Positions 18,313 to 29,036 of a stretch of 64,000 bases of DNA are shown here, one piece after another. The stretch covers positions 22,225 through 86,224 of the forward strand of contig JAHLWP010000015.1 of NCBI GenBank assembly GCA_019057865.1, in the 5' to 3' direction. The stretch comes from Promethearchaeota archaeon. GTDB taxonomy: Archaea > Asgardarchaeota > Lokiarchaeia > Sigyniarchaeales > SOKP01. Every line of letters starts with the position of its first letter. Positions within the stretch are counted from its first letter, which is position 1. Under the pieces are notes generated by a model. The model saw nothing but the letters and a program-made list of their open reading frames with translations, had not been told where the DNA came from and ran no database searches. A program made the position numbers and the translations under genes.

Positions 18313-18804
18313 TTATTCTTCTTCTTTTTCTTCTTTTTTTAATATTTTTACAAGAGAACTACCTTCTTTTATGACATTTAAGACTAAGTGAGTATTAGTA
18401 CTTTCCACATATTCAGATGTATGAATTTTTTTAATCATCACACTAAGCTCTTTTCTAGTCTTAAATCTTACGAAGATGAGGGCATCGTAGGTTCCTGTAA
18501 TATCATAAACTCCAAACACATTCGGATTTTCAGCAATCATTCCCTCCACCTCAAGCATTTTACCTTTTGAAACAGTAATTTCAATAATCGCTATAATATC
18601 ATAACCTAATTTTTCATAATCAAGTTGAGCTCCGTAGGATTTTATTTTTCCTTCCCTTTCTAATTCTTCAACATGACTTTTAATGGTTACAGGAGATTTA
18701 CTTAATTCCTGTGCTATTTTTCTATAGGATTCACGGCCATCTTCACTTAAAATTTTTAATATTTCAAGATCTACATCTTTTGAGAGGATTTCTTCATCAT
18801 TCAT
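18313..18804 (-). CDS. Lrp/AsnC family transcriptional regulator, divergent from glnA
   Basis: DLEILKILSEDGRESYRKIA HTH; YDITGTYD RAM domain. Confidence 0.92.
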   Translation of the reverse strand: MNDEEILSKDVDLEILKILSEDGRESYRKIAQELSKSPVTIKSHVEELEREGKIKSYGAQLDYEKLGYDIIAIIEITVSKGKMLEVEGMIAENPNVFGVYDITGTYDALIFVRFKTRKELSVMIKKIHTSEYVESTNTHLVLNVIKEGSSLVKILKKEEKEEE

Positions 18805-19005
18805 ATTTAAACCTACTTTCTTAAATCATTAATATTAGATCACAATAAAAAAATATCTTGGGATTTAATATTTTAATTATTAATATATTATTATTTGTTT
18901 AAAAATTTGTCGGATTTCTGGACGTTTGATATAATTATAAGCAATATTTTTATATCTTTGATCATATATTTATATATAAATTGGAAATTAGGATTTTGAT
19001 ATTAT

Positions 19006-20364
19006 ATGATAGAAAAAAATCATCCTAAAAGAAAAGAGTTATGTGAAAAAGTAATCGAAAAAGTTAAGGAAAATGATATTAAATTCATCTATCTTCAATT
19101 TACAGACATGCATGGCATTATTAAGTCGTTTGAAATTAATTCAAAGCGAATAGAGGATTTTTTTGAAATAGGTGAGAGTTTTGATGGAAGTTCTATAACT
19201 GGTTATGGAGCGATTGAGGAATCAGATAAAGTTGCTCTTCCAGATCCATCAACATTTTACATTATACCTTGGAGAAATGATAATAGAAAAGTTGCTCGAG
19301 TATTTTGTGATATCTACAACCCTAATGGCTCAAGATACGATGGGGATCCGCGATATATACTTCAAAAAGCTGCGAAGAAAGCAGAAGACCATGGATATAC
19401 TTATTATTGTGCTCCAGAAATGGAATTCTTTATTTTAGAGAAAAGTACTAAAGCAGAGGTATTTAATCCATCAGATATGAGAGGATATTTCGATTATGAC
19501 CCATATGATATTAATGAGAAAGTGCGCTATACTATTGCTGAGTATTGTGATATAATGGGAATCGAAATAGAAGCTTTACACCATGAGGTAGCGCTTGGAC
19601 AACATGAAGTTGATTTTCGTTATGATGAAGCAGTTAATACAGCTGATAATACAAATACAATTAAAATGATAATTAAGACTGTAGCTGCCAAAAATAATAT
19701 GACTGCTACATTTATGCCCAAACCTTTCGCGGGTATTAATGGTTCAGGGATGCACGTACATCAATCATTATGGGAAGGGCAAAATAATGTTTTTTATGAC
19801 GAATCTGATAAAGATAATATTTCAATTATGATGAGGAAGTGGATAGCTGGTCAATTAAAACATGCAAGAGCAATGTGTGCTGTTCTAAGTAGTTGGCCTA
19901 ACTCTTATAAAAGGCTTGTGCCTGGCTATGAAGCACCTGTTTATATAGCTTGGGGATTCAGGAATAGATCTCCCTTAATTAGAGTACCAGATTTTCATGG
20001 TAAACCAAATGCTGCTCGATGTGAGATTCGATGCCCCGATCCTGCTGGAAATCCATATCTACAATTCGCTGTACTCTTGTCAGCAGGGTTAGATGGAATT
20101 TTATCTGAGGATATTGAGATTCCAGAATCTCGAGATGAGAATGTATATAAGCTTACAACAAAAGAAATGGAAAAAGCTGGAATTGTTGCATTACCTGGAA
20201 GCCTATCTGAAGCATTGAAGGAATTTAGAAATTCAGAATTCATGAAGGAAGTCTTTGGAGAGCAACCCTTCAAGAACTTTTACTATGCAAAATTAGAAGA
20301 AAACGATGCATATCGAGTTGTTGTAAGTGAATGGGAGAGAACTCGATATATAACACGCTTATAG
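19006..20364 (+). CDS. glnA: Glutamine synthetase type I
   Basis: FDGSSI, HHEVALGQHE, ATFMPKP, NGSGMHVHQS, SYKRLVPGYEAP, NRS..IRVP, EIRCPDP..NPYL. Confidence 0.96.
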   Translation: MIEKNHPKRKELCEKVIEKVKENDIKFIYLQFTDMHGIIKSFEINSKRIEDFFEIGESFDGSSITGYGAIEESDKVALPDPSTFYIIPWRNDNRKVARVFCDIYNPNGSRYDGDPRYILQKAAKKAEDHGYTYYCAPEMEFFILEKSTKAEVFNPSDMRGYFDYDPYDINEKVRYTIAEYCDIMGIEIEALHHEVALGQHEVDFRYDEAVNTADNTNTIKMIIKTVAAKNNMTATFMPKPFAGINGSGMHVHQSLWEGQNNVFYDESDKDNISIMMRKWIAGQLKHARAMCAVLSSWPNSYKRLVPGYEAPVYIAWGFRNRSPLIRVPDFHGKPNAARCEIRCPDPAGNPYLQFAVLLSAGLDGILSEDIEIPESRDENVYKLTTKEMEKAGIVALPGSLSEALKEFRNSEFMKEVFGEQPFKNFYYAKLEENDAYRVVVSEWERTRYITRL

Positions 20365-20524
20365 GTAAATTTTCAACTCAAATTTCTTTTTATGATCCGA
20401 TTTACATAAATGTAAAATTTCATGGAATGAAAATTTTCATCAAAAGCAGGCATTTCCAAACCTTTAATTTGCATAGCAAAATAGATATAGGTTGATAAAG
20501 GTTAGTTACAAGAAAGATTATTAA

Positions 20525-22333
20525 TTATACTAATTCTTTCATTTTCTCTATATATTCTAGTGATTGGTGGCGGAAATAAGTGTTATAAAGCTCAGCATAC
20601 ATTCCACCTTTAGCTATTAACTCATCATGATTACCCTCTTCCATAATTTTCCCATGATCGAGCACAACAATCCTGTCTACGTGGCGTACTGTCCAGAGAC
20701 GATGAGCAATTATGATTGATGTACGACCTTCAATTGTCTTCTGTAAGGCATCTTGAATCCGAGTTTCTGTGAAAGGATCAACTGAAGCTGTTGCTTCATC
20801 TAAAATAAGTATAGAAGGGTTTTCTAAGAGAACGCGCGCAAAAACTACTAATTGACGCTGACCCATTGAAATTAAACTACCTCTTTCACCAGTTTTAGTT
20901 CCTAATCCCCTTGATAGATCTTTTACCCAATCAGACCCACTTGTAGTATTCAATGCGTTATAAACATCCCTTCTTGACGCTTTTCTATTCCCATATTTTA
21001 TATTATTTTCAATTGTATCTGCCCAAAGGAATGGAGTTTGAGGAATGATTCCTACTTGTTTACGGTAATCCATAAGATCATAATTTCTTATGCTTATCCC
21101 ATCTATTAAAATATCTCCTTCTTGAAATTCATAAAATCTCGCTAAGAGTTTTGCTAAACTTGATTTGCCAGCACCAGTATGACCAACAATAGCAAGAGAT
21201 TCTCCAGGTTTAATTTTTAGATTAAATCTCTCAAAAACTTCTTTGGATTCTTCATACTTGAAGGAAAGATTTCTGAATTCAATTTCACCATTAAGTTTGG
21301 ATGGTTTTACGTTATCTTTTTGAATCACTAAAGGTAAGGTATCTATGAGCGCAAATATTCTTTCTGATGCTGCCATACCAGTCTGAAAAGTAGGCCAAAA
21401 AGAAGCTAATGTTAATAATGGAAAGAACAGATATATTAAACCTTGTATGAATAGACTTAATTCTCCCACACTTATATTATTTCCTAAAACACTACTTCCA
21501 CCATAAAAAATTAACAACGTTAAGACTATTCCTTGGATAATACCTAATGAAGGAAATATAGCATTCAGTACAAAGGCTCTTCGTAAATTAACTTTATAAG
21601 ATGTAGTATTTACTTCATTAAAATTATTATATAATTTCTCCTCCTGTCGAAATGTTTTTGCAATTTGAATACCAGAAAAACTTTCTTTAACATATGCATT
21701 GACAGAAGCTAAGGCTCTTTGACCTAATAATGTTTTTGAACGGGCTAATTTTCTAAAGGATAATGCTAATACAAAGAACAGTGGAAAAGTGATGATAGTA
21801 ATTAATGCTAGTGTAAGATTGATAAAGGACATAATAATTAGTAGAAAGATAATAACAAATAATGAAGAAATTAATTGAAAGGTTAAATCTACTGTCTGTC
21901 CCCAATCCCTAGAATCAGTATTAATTCGGCTAACGATTTTTCCAATGGGGTTTCGATCAAAAAATGAGAGATCATGATTTAAAACGGCTGTTCCCGCATC
22001 TTTTCTTAAATCTAAAACAACATTTCCGATTACTTGCGAAGAATATCTTATAGTAAAATAATTAAAAACCCATGAAAGTAGATTTAATATTAAGATTATG
22101 GTTAATAAGAAAAAGAGGTATGAAATATTTCTATTTGTTTCTAAACTATTAATTGCTATACTAACAAGAATAGGTACAAAGGCATAAGTGAGTGTAGAAA
22201 TCGTTAAAAAGAGAATCACAATTGCCATTAACCGTTTATACGGACTGAAATAGTGAAATATGCGTTTTAGTAATATTTTATCACGAAACTCTCTGTCATA
22301 CTCTTCAGCTTCAAGTCCCACGTACATCCCCAT
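20525..22333 (-). CDS. ABC exporter half-transporter (TMD-NBD), consensus Walker B
   Basis: GHTGAGKS, degenerate signature ISMGQ, LDEA, AHR. Confidence 0.92.
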   Translation of the reverse strand: MGMYVGLEAEEYDREFRDKILLKRIFHYFSPYKRLMAIVILFLTISTLTYAFVPILVSIAINSLETNRNISYLFFLLTIILILNLLSWVFNYFTIRYSSQVIGNVVLDLRKDAGTAVLNHDLSFFDRNPIGKIVSRINTDSRDWGQTVDLTFQLISSLFVIIFLLIIMSFINLTLALITIITFPLFFVLALSFRKLARSKTLLGQRALASVNAYVKESFSGIQIAKTFRQEEKLYNNFNEVNTTSYKVNLRRAFVLNAIFPSLGIIQGIVLTLLIFYGGSSVLGNNISVGELSLFIQGLIYLFFPLLTLASFWPTFQTGMAASERIFALIDTLPLVIQKDNVKPSKLNGEIEFRNLSFKYEESKEVFERFNLKIKPGESLAIVGHTGAGKSSLAKLLARFYEFQEGDILIDGISIRNYDLMDYRKQVGIIPQTPFLWADTIENNIKYGNRKASRRDVYNALNTTSGSDWVKDLSRGLGTKTGERGSLISMGQRQLVVFARVLLENPSILILDEATASVDPFTETRIQDALQKTIEGRTSIIIAHRLWTVRHVDRIVVLDHGKIMEEGNHDELIAKGGMYAELYNTYFRHQSLEYIEKMKELV

Positions 22334-24148
22334 CTAAGAGTCCTCCTTTTGGCTAATTAATTGTCCAATATCAATATCAAACTTTTTTATAAATATTTTT
22401 TGATATTCTTCGGATGATTTCAAAAGATCTTCGTGAGTGCCTATAGTAGAAATTTCACCTTTTTTCAGTACAATTATTAAGTCTGCCCATCGAATTTGTG
22501 AAAGTCTATGAGTTATAAGAATTGTAGTTCTATCTTTAAGGATATTTTGAATTGCTCTTTGTATTTTATCCTCGGTATTTGAATCAATTGCTGAAGTTGA
22601 ATCATCTAAGATAAGAATTTTAGGATCAGAGAGAAAAGCACGAGCAATTGCTATTCTTTGTCTTTCACCTCCACTTAGTTGAACACCTCTTTCACCTACT
22701 TCTGATTCATATTGATTTGGAAAATCTCTAATAAAATCATTAGCTTGGGCTTCTTTAGCAACTTGAATAATTTCATTCATTGAGGAGGTTCTCCCAAATG
22801 ATATATTGTTGAAAATTGTATCAGAGAATAAGAAAACATCTTGCTCAATAAATGAGATCTGGTTTCTTAATGATTCTAAAGCATATTCTCGAATATCAAT
22901 ATTATCAATTAAAATTCTTCCTTCATTCACATCATACAAGCGGGAAATCAATTTAGTAAGAGTAGATTTTCCAGATCCAGTAGTTCCAACAATGGCTACC
23001 GTTTGACCAGGGTGAACAGTAAAGCTGACATTCTTTATTACAGGTTTTTTACTCTCAGGATAAGTAAACGACACTCCTTCAAATTTAATTTCGCCTTCTA
23101 TTGCTTTTTTAATCCCTTCTATATTTTCATCAATTTCAGTTTCTCTATTCATTAACTCAAGTAGTCTATCAGAGCTTGTAATTGCTAGTCGTACAATTGC
23201 AAATACAAATATAGATATGAAGGTTGGAAAACGTAATTGCACGATTAGTCCATAATATGCAATAATTTCTCCTATACTCATCAAATTTTGAAAATTCAAA
23301 ATTATTGCATGAGCAAATCCTAAGGTCATCGATATTGATAAAAATAATATTGGAAGATACTTTGCTTGAATTTTTCCTTGATCTATGTATGCATTTCGAT
23401 ACCATTCAGCCTTTGAATAATATTTTTCCATTTCTCTAGCTTCTTGAACGGTAGCTTTAACCACTTCTATTCCAGTAAGAGTTTCATTTAAAGTGGCATT
23501 CATCATTCCAAAAGATCCTCTCAATCTTCCTGTGATTGGACCCAATTTACGGACATATGATCTTAAGGAGAATAAAAAGAGGATAGAAAATAATATAGGA
23601 GCAAATATTAACTGAGGTGGATAAAAAATGACTATATATATAAGAGGTACAATTAATGCTGTAAATGATTCAAAAATTAGAGAGAGTGCTGGACTTATTA
23701 AGAAATTAAGCATGCGAACATCATCTGTTACTCTCGCCATAAGATCTCCAATCTTTTGTTGCTCATGAAAAGACTGACTTTTTCCTAAGAGATTTGTATA
23801 AAATTCCCTCCTACAATCTCTCTCCATTCTTTGTGCTATTACTTCCCGTAACATATAATTTATTAATCTCATTATTGGTGTTCCTACACCTAATGACAAG
23901 ATAATAATAGTATAGAAAATTAACTTAGAATCATTCCCGATTAAAAAATCAGATATAGCATTTCCTATAATTATAAAAATAATAGAAGATAAATTTGAAG
24001 CAACTATAGTTGTAATTAAAACAATGATAAATAGAATCTTATTAGAACCATGAAAAACATGTTTTAATATCCATCTTCGAGATCCTTTACGTCTAGCTTT
24101 CTCAAAAGGATCTTTACCAGGTGAAAACTCTACTTTACTATTCTGCAT
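22334..24148 (-). CDS. ABC exporter half-transporter (TMD-NBD), degenerate Walker B; heterodimer partner
   Basis: GTTGSGKS, LSGGE, LDDS (E to D); abuts the partner gene. Confidence 0.92.
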   Translation of the reverse strand: MQNSKVEFSPGKDPFEKARRKGSRRWILKHVFHGSNKILFIIVLITTIVASNLSSIIFIIIGNAISDFLIGNDSKLIFYTIIILSLGVGTPIMRLINYMLREVIAQRMERDCRREFYTNLLGKSQSFHEQQKIGDLMARVTDDVRMLNFLISPALSLIFESFTALIVPLIYIVIFYPPQLIFAPILFSILFLFSLRSYVRKLGPITGRLRGSFGMMNATLNETLTGIEVVKATVQEAREMEKYYSKAEWYRNAYIDQGKIQAKYLPILFLSISMTLGFAHAIILNFQNLMSIGEIIAYYGLIVQLRFPTFISIFVFAIVRLAITSSDRLLELMNRETEIDENIEGIKKAIEGEIKFEGVSFTYPESKKPVIKNVSFTVHPGQTVAIVGTTGSGKSTLTKLISRLYDVNEGRILIDNIDIREYALESLRNQISFIEQDVFLFSDTIFNNISFGRTSSMNEIIQVAKEAQANDFIRDFPNQYESEVGERGVQLSGGERQRIAIARAFLSDPKILILDDSTSAIDSNTEDKIQRAIQNILKDRTTILITHRLSQIRWADLIIVLKKGEISTIGTHEDLLKSSEEYQKIFIKKFDIDIGQLISQKEDS

Positions 24149-24364
24149 TGATTAATTCAATCTAATTTAGAAAAAAATATAATTCTCGAGTTATTATTCT
24201 TGAAATGTTCGATTCTTAATAGATTTTTTACAATTAAATTATAAATTCTAATTCTTGATAATCCTTACATTAAATCTATTAAATTATTAACGGGTTAATA
24301 ATGAAACTGAACTATTTATTCTATTAAGGATCCATTTAAATAGAATAAACATTATTTATCAATT

Positions 24365-24508
24365 ATGTCGGATAAAGAAATAATGTACGACATTAGGTTG
24401 GAAGAACAGCTAGATGAATTAAAACTTGAAATATGGATGAATGAAGAATTACAGATTCAACCTAAACAACTCCATCCATTAATTTTGAAGCTCATTAGTA
24501 ATAACTAG
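24365..24508 (+). CDS. 47-aa small acidic protein (MSDKEIMYDIRLEEQLDELKLEIWMNEELQIQPKQLHPLILKLISNN)
   Basis: ATG...TAG ORF with coding-like composition inside an AT-rich spacer; below the ORF-track cutoff. Confidence 0.5.
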   Translation: MSDKEIMYDIRLEEQLDELKLEIWMNEELQIQPKQLHPLILKLISNN

Positions 24509-24607
24509 GCTTTACTTCTTCATTAATTCATTTTTGAGTTAATCTTAATTTTATTTATTTTATGGAATCTTGTTTCTCTTTTATAAGAATAATAGGAGAT
24601 ATATATT

Positions 24608-24627
24608 TCTATATAGAATATATAGAT
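24608..24627. promoter_or_regulatory. Candidate phosphate-regulon operator TCTATATAGAATATATAGAT (copy 1)
   Basis: Identical 20-mer at 27517-27536. Confidence 0.6.
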
Positions 24628-24843
24628 TAATATTAATACATTTTATTTTTTTTTTAATTCAATTATATTAATCTAATTTAGAAAAAATGGATTAATATTC
24701 TCTAAATAAAATATTTATAGAATAATAATTAAAACATAAAATTAAATTTAGTATGGAAATTATCTAGAAATATAACTTGGTGCTAAGAATAGATTGCAAA
24801 TCGGAGTTAAAAAATTATTAATACACTTTAAAAGGATTTTAAA

Positions 24844-25521
24844 ATGAGTGAAAATAATCAGATTGAAATTGATGAAAAAGTCCTCAAAAAATTAAATATC
24901 GATGAATTAACGCATCTTTTTATGGATAATATAAATGAACAAAATTTAAAATTAATTGAGGGAATTGAATCTCTTGTAGAAGAAAATTTTGAGAAATTTA
25001 AAAATAATATGAAATACGTCATAAAAACTAATACTGAAGTCCAAATCAAGAAACAATTTGAATCTAAAATATTCAAATCAAAACTTATGTTTTCTAAAGC
25101 AGATAGGCTGAAATTATTCACAAAAATTAATGATATCAAAAATATAGGAGAATTTATAGCAAACAAGATGCTTCTTTATAGAGCTGTTTTCCCTGATGAG
25201 GAATTTAAAATTCATATTCGGAATATTCTCAAATCTTTAAAAATTATTTCTAATAAATTATCCAATGCAGTGAAATTAATAGGATCTGATCTAAGCATAG
25301 CTCGCGATGTTTGTGAGGAGATTAAAGAAGAAAGAAGAAAAATGAGAAAAGAAGAATGGAACTTACTTAATCGTCTTTATAATTATGATATGGATTATTT
25401 ATCAAGAACATTCTTATATCTAAAAGAATTGATTGATAATGTAATGATGTTGGCTGATCATATTAAATCCTTCTCTGAATATATTCAGTTTCTTGCAACT
25501 AAATATTTAATTTTTGATTAA
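24844..25521 (+). CDS. PhoU-like/DUF47 phosphate transport regulator
   Basis: All-helical, ADRLKL...D and LKELID....LADHI repeats; adjacent to PiT. Confidence 0.7.
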   Translation: MSENNQIEIDEKVLKKLNIDELTHLFMDNINEQNLKLIEGIESLVEENFEKFKNNMKYVIKTNTEVQIKKQFESKIFKSKLMFSKADRLKLFTKINDIKNIGEFIANKMLLYRAVFPDEEFKIHIRNILKSLKIISNKLSNAVKLIGSDLSIARDVCEEIKEERRKMRKEEWNLLNRLYNYDMDYLSRTFLYLKELIDNVMMLADHIKSFSEYIQFLATKYLIFD

Positions 25522-25543
25522 AAGAAAAAAGTTAAGATCTGAT

Positions 25544-26575
25544 ATGGCTGACGATTTAACTTCAATCTTAGTTATTGTATTAATAGTAATGGCTATTGCT
25601 CTTGCTTTTTCTATTGGAGCTAATGATGAGACTTTATCGGCATTAGTAGGGGCAGGAGTCTTAAAATTCAAACTTGCACTATTTATAGGTGGTGTAGCTA
25701 TAGGGGCGGGGATGATATTTTTCAGTGGTGGATTTGTAGCAAAAACAGTCGGATCTGATATTTTAGGAGAAGGTATAACATATACAACTATCATGCTATT
25801 AACAGTGTTAATAAGTAGCATACTTTGGTTAGTTGTTGGAAGTTTTGCAGGGATACCTTTAAGTAGTACACACTCTTTGGTGGGAAGTGTGGTTGGAGTT
25901 TTAATAGTCTATGCAATTTTTCAAGGGGGTGTTAATCCTGATACTGCCTTAAATTGGACTAAGTTAGGAAATGTAGTGCTTAGTTGGTTTTTGTCACCCC
26001 TGTTTGGCTTGATAATCACTTTTTTGTTATTTAAATTAATTGCAAAACTATATTTATCCCGCTTAAAAGGCTTAAATCAAATCGAATTATCAGAAAAACA
26101 TTTCAAGTGGCTTTTACTTGTTGGTGTAATTTTTGCTGAAATATGGGTAGGAGCTAATTCTGGCGAAGCTTTAGGAATCCTTTATGGTCTCTTGGATAAT
26201 GGCTCATTAAATTTAACACAATATTTTACATATTCAATTATTTGTGGTATTTTTGCCTGCGTTGGAATATATTTTGCTGCTCGTTATGTTATCAGAAATC
26301 TAGCATCTCACATGGTAGATTCACGACCAAGTGAAGGACTTATTATTCAAATGAGTTCTGCAATAATTTTAATGGTAGCGACGATTCTTGGTCTACCTAT
26401 TTCACATAGTCATGTAATAGTTTTCTGTATAATAGGAATGAGCATGGCTCAAAAAAAAGAGGTTGATTACAAAGCTCTAAGGAAGATGGGAATATATTGG
26501 TTTTTAACCTTCCCTGTTGCAGCTCTTCTAGCGGGTATTATTTATTTAGGTTTCTTTTCATTTGGATTTTCTTGA
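25544..26575 (+). CDS. pit: Inorganic phosphate transporter, PiT family
   Basis: GANDE, GIPLSSTHS.VG, GANS, GLPISHSH signature motifs; ATG 25544. Confidence 0.9.
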   Translation: MADDLTSILVIVLIVMAIALAFSIGANDETLSALVGAGVLKFKLALFIGGVAIGAGMIFFSGGFVAKTVGSDILGEGITYTTIMLLTVLISSILWLVVGSFAGIPLSSTHSLVGSVVGVLIVYAIFQGGVNPDTALNWTKLGNVVLSWFLSPLFGLIITFLLFKLIAKLYLSRLKGLNQIELSEKHFKWLLLVGVIFAEIWVGANSGEALGILYGLLDNGSLNLTQYFTYSIICGIFACVGIYFAARYVIRNLASHMVDSRPSEGLIIQMSSAIILMVATILGLPISHSHVIVFCIIGMSMAQKKEVDYKALRKMGIYWFLTFPVAALLAGIIYLGFFSFGFS

Positions 26576-26660
26576 TAATTTAATAATTTTAAAAAATATA
26601 TATAAATTTCGATATACTCTATATAATGTTTAAGAATAAGATAGAAATGATGTGATAAGA

Positions 26661-27344
26661 ATGGGTTCTTTAATTGAATATTTAAAACGAGAAACAGCTT
26701 TAAATGCCTTAGAAAAAACTATCAAACATGCTCAAAAAGTACAAGAGTGTGTAAAAACATTAGATATTGGATTACAAATGCTTTTAAAAGAAAAAGATTA
26801 TGATAAAACGCATGATATTTTCCATAAAGTTGATCTTTTAGAAGCAGAAGCTGATAATTTAAGACGAGAACTTCAGATGGATGTTTCAAGAGGAGAGCTA
26901 GATCCCAGTGTTAGACAAAATTTGTCTCATTTAATTAAGAGAATAGATGATGTTGCTAATTGTTGTACTGGTGTCGCCCGAAGAATTGATACAGTACCTA
27001 TAAAATTTTGGGAGCAAAGTAGTGATGAGACTATAAATTTAGTTAGTGAAATTATAAAAACAACTGTAGATTGTGCTCAATTTTTAGACAAAATTGTTAT
27101 AAATTTAGTAGAAGATAGGAAGAATGTAAAAGAAATTGCAAAACAAATTAACTATTATGAGCATGAAGTTGATCTATTGAATATAAAGTTAAGAAGGAGT
27201 CTTCAAAAAACAGATTATCACGTTAATTTTTTTACAATTTTCACAATAGGAAATATATTTGATATCCTTGAAGCTATTTCAGATTCAATTGAAGAAGTCG
27301 CAGATTATATAATGGTTCTGTTAACTAGTTCTGAACGTCTTTAA
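26661..27344 (+). CDS. DUF47 / PhoU-like phosphate transport regulator
   Basis: LEAEADNLRR, IDDVAN, YEHEVD, LEAISDSIEEVAD; ATG 26661. Confidence 0.85.
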   Translation: MGSLIEYLKRETALNALEKTIKHAQKVQECVKTLDIGLQMLLKEKDYDKTHDIFHKVDLLEAEADNLRRELQMDVSRGELDPSVRQNLSHLIKRIDDVANCCTGVARRIDTVPIKFWEQSSDETINLVSEIIKTTVDCAQFLDKIVINLVEDRKNVKEIAKQINYYEHEVDLLNIKLRRSLQKTDYHVNFFTIFTIGNIFDILEAISDSIEEVADYIMVLLTSSERL

Positions 27345-27451
27345 TATATTAATAATTCTGAATTCATAATTCTGAAAAAATAAATTTTTCCTATATTAAA
27401 AATTTATTAAAAGTTAATTGATATTTTGAATAATTAGAAAAGACAGGTTAA

Positions 27452-27536
27452 ATCTATATAGATGATTTATCCATTATTTGAAAGTTTTGGAAATTATTAT
27501 CATAATTATTTTAAAGTCTATATAGAATATATAGAT
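27452..27536. promoter_or_regulatory. Operator-like boxes upstream of the PhoU regulator: palindrome ATCTATATAGAT (27452-27463) and 20-mer TCTATATAGAATATATAGAT (27517-27536)
   Basis: Exact repeat of 24608-24627 plus a perfect 12-bp palindrome. Confidence 0.6.
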
Positions 27537-27585
27537 CAGAGTTTAAATATATTGATTATTTGTTTTATATAATAGAGTTATTTAA

Positions 27586-28608
27586 ATGAAATATGTGTTA
27601 TTTATGACACTTCATATAGAAACAAGAAAAGTGCAAAAAACAGGTGGATCAAGTTATATTATTTCATTACCAAAAGTTTGGATAGAAAAACATGGTATTG
27701 AAAAAAAAGATACTTTAGGTATCCTTAGTCAACCCGATGGGAATTTATTAATTACTCCTAATATAAACTCGGAAGAATATATAAAGAGCAAGAATTTTGA
27801 TGTAGATGGCATAACTGATCCCCCATATCTATTTCGACTTTTAATTGGAGCATATATTATGGGATATACGATCATTACGATTACATCTAGTAAAAGGTTC
27901 GAGCCAATCATAAGAGATTGTATAAGAAATTTTACTAAAATAGCTATTGGACCAGAAATAATAGAAGAAACAAATCAAAGAATATTAATAAAGGATTTGC
28001 TCAATCCCAAAGAGATGCCATTCGAAAGAACGATAAAAAGAATGTATATTTTAGCTCAAACTATGCATGAAGATGCTATAAGGGCTTTAGAGACTGGTGA
28101 TAAAGAATTAGCAAAAGAAGTTATTGAAAGAGATAATGAAATTGATAGATTACATTGGTTAGTAGGTCGTCAATCGCATATCGTACTTCGAGATATAATA
28201 TTATGTCAAAAAATGGGTATTACATTAGAAGATGCCAGTCATTATCAGTTTATGAGTAAATTTTTAGAGCGTATTGGAGATCACGCAGTTAATATAGCAA
28301 AAAATTTATTATTAATTGATTATAAAAAAGTTGACAAGAAATTATTAGAAAATATTTCAAATGTTAGTAAATTTTCCTTAGAATTGCTCGATGTCAGTTT
28401 GGATGCTTGGCAACAAAAAAATATTAAAATTGCAAATGAAAATATAGAGAAAATTAAGAATTTAACAGATGAATGTGAAAAAATCATAACTACAACAGAA
28501 AATAATGTAGAAATATCAGTTCCACTTGGATATATAATTGAAAGTATTAGAAGAACCGGAGAATATTCTGCTGATATATCAGAAATTATTATAAATAATC
28601 TAATCTGA
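27586..28608 (+). CDS. phoU: Archaeal phosphate uptake regulator (AbrB-like DNA-binding domain + PhoU domains)
   Basis: ETRKVQKTGGSSYIISLPK.W, YIMGY, DNEIDRL, LERIGDH, ESIRRTGEY. Confidence 0.9.
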   Translation: MKYVLFMTLHIETRKVQKTGGSSYIISLPKVWIEKHGIEKKDTLGILSQPDGNLLITPNINSEEYIKSKNFDVDGITDPPYLFRLLIGAYIMGYTIITITSSKRFEPIIRDCIRNFTKIAIGPEIIEETNQRILIKDLLNPKEMPFERTIKRMYILAQTMHEDAIRALETGDKELAKEVIERDNEIDRLHWLVGRQSHIVLRDIILCQKMGITLEDASHYQFMSKFLERIGDHAVNIAKNLLLIDYKKVDKKLLENISNVSKFSLELLDVSLDAWQQKNIKIANENIEKIKNLTDECEKIITTTENNVEISVPLGYIIESIRRTGEYSADISEIIINNLI

Positions 28609-28648
28609 ATTATTTAATCTCAAATTTGAAAGTAATTTATATTAAGAA

Positions 28649-28933
28649 TTAGAGTTGATAGTCTCTTCTTAACCCAATAAGGGTTGTTGTTGCTTCAGTC
28701 CATTGTTGTAACTCCTCATCACTTCTAAAAAAAGAGATAATTTTTTCCATATCTTCTAGGTTATTAATAACACATTCTACTAACAAATCCCACGCTCCGT
28801 ATAATGGGGTTGCGTATGTAATTTTCCAATCCTCATCCGAGCTAATCGGTCTTAATTGCTGTATTTTTTCAATAACTTTCAGCTGAGTCCCAATTATTTT
28901 TAGCCGGATTAGAATATATCCACGAAAATAAAT
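28649..28933 (-). CDS. Stand-alone Lrp/AsnC ligand-binding (RAM) domain protein, 94 aa, ATT start; missing from the ORF track
   Basis: (M)YFRGYILIRL...YATPLYGAWDLLVEC...TEATTTLI; in-frame TAA 8 codons upstream; GGTG 8 nt before ATT. Confidence 0.8.
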   Translation of the reverse strand: MYFRGYILIRLKIIGTQLKVIEKIQQLRPISSDEDWKITYATPLYGAWDLLVECVINNLEDMEKIISFFRSDEELQQWTEATTTLIGLRRDYQL

Positions 28934-29036
28934 TTTAAGAGCACCGTGATTGTTTTACGTAGAATATTAATATATTAGTTTTAATCTTAATTAATAATTT
29001 TTTAATAAGCACTTAAATTTGGTTTTTCATAATGAT

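Noticed and set aside
20400-20440. Small palindromes between convergent glnA and ABC genes
   Set aside because: AT-only short arms are expected by chance; insufficient for a terminator call.
20525-24148. Asymmetric ATPase sites in the ABC pair as a novelty
   Set aside because: Typical of TM287/288-type heterodimeric exporters.
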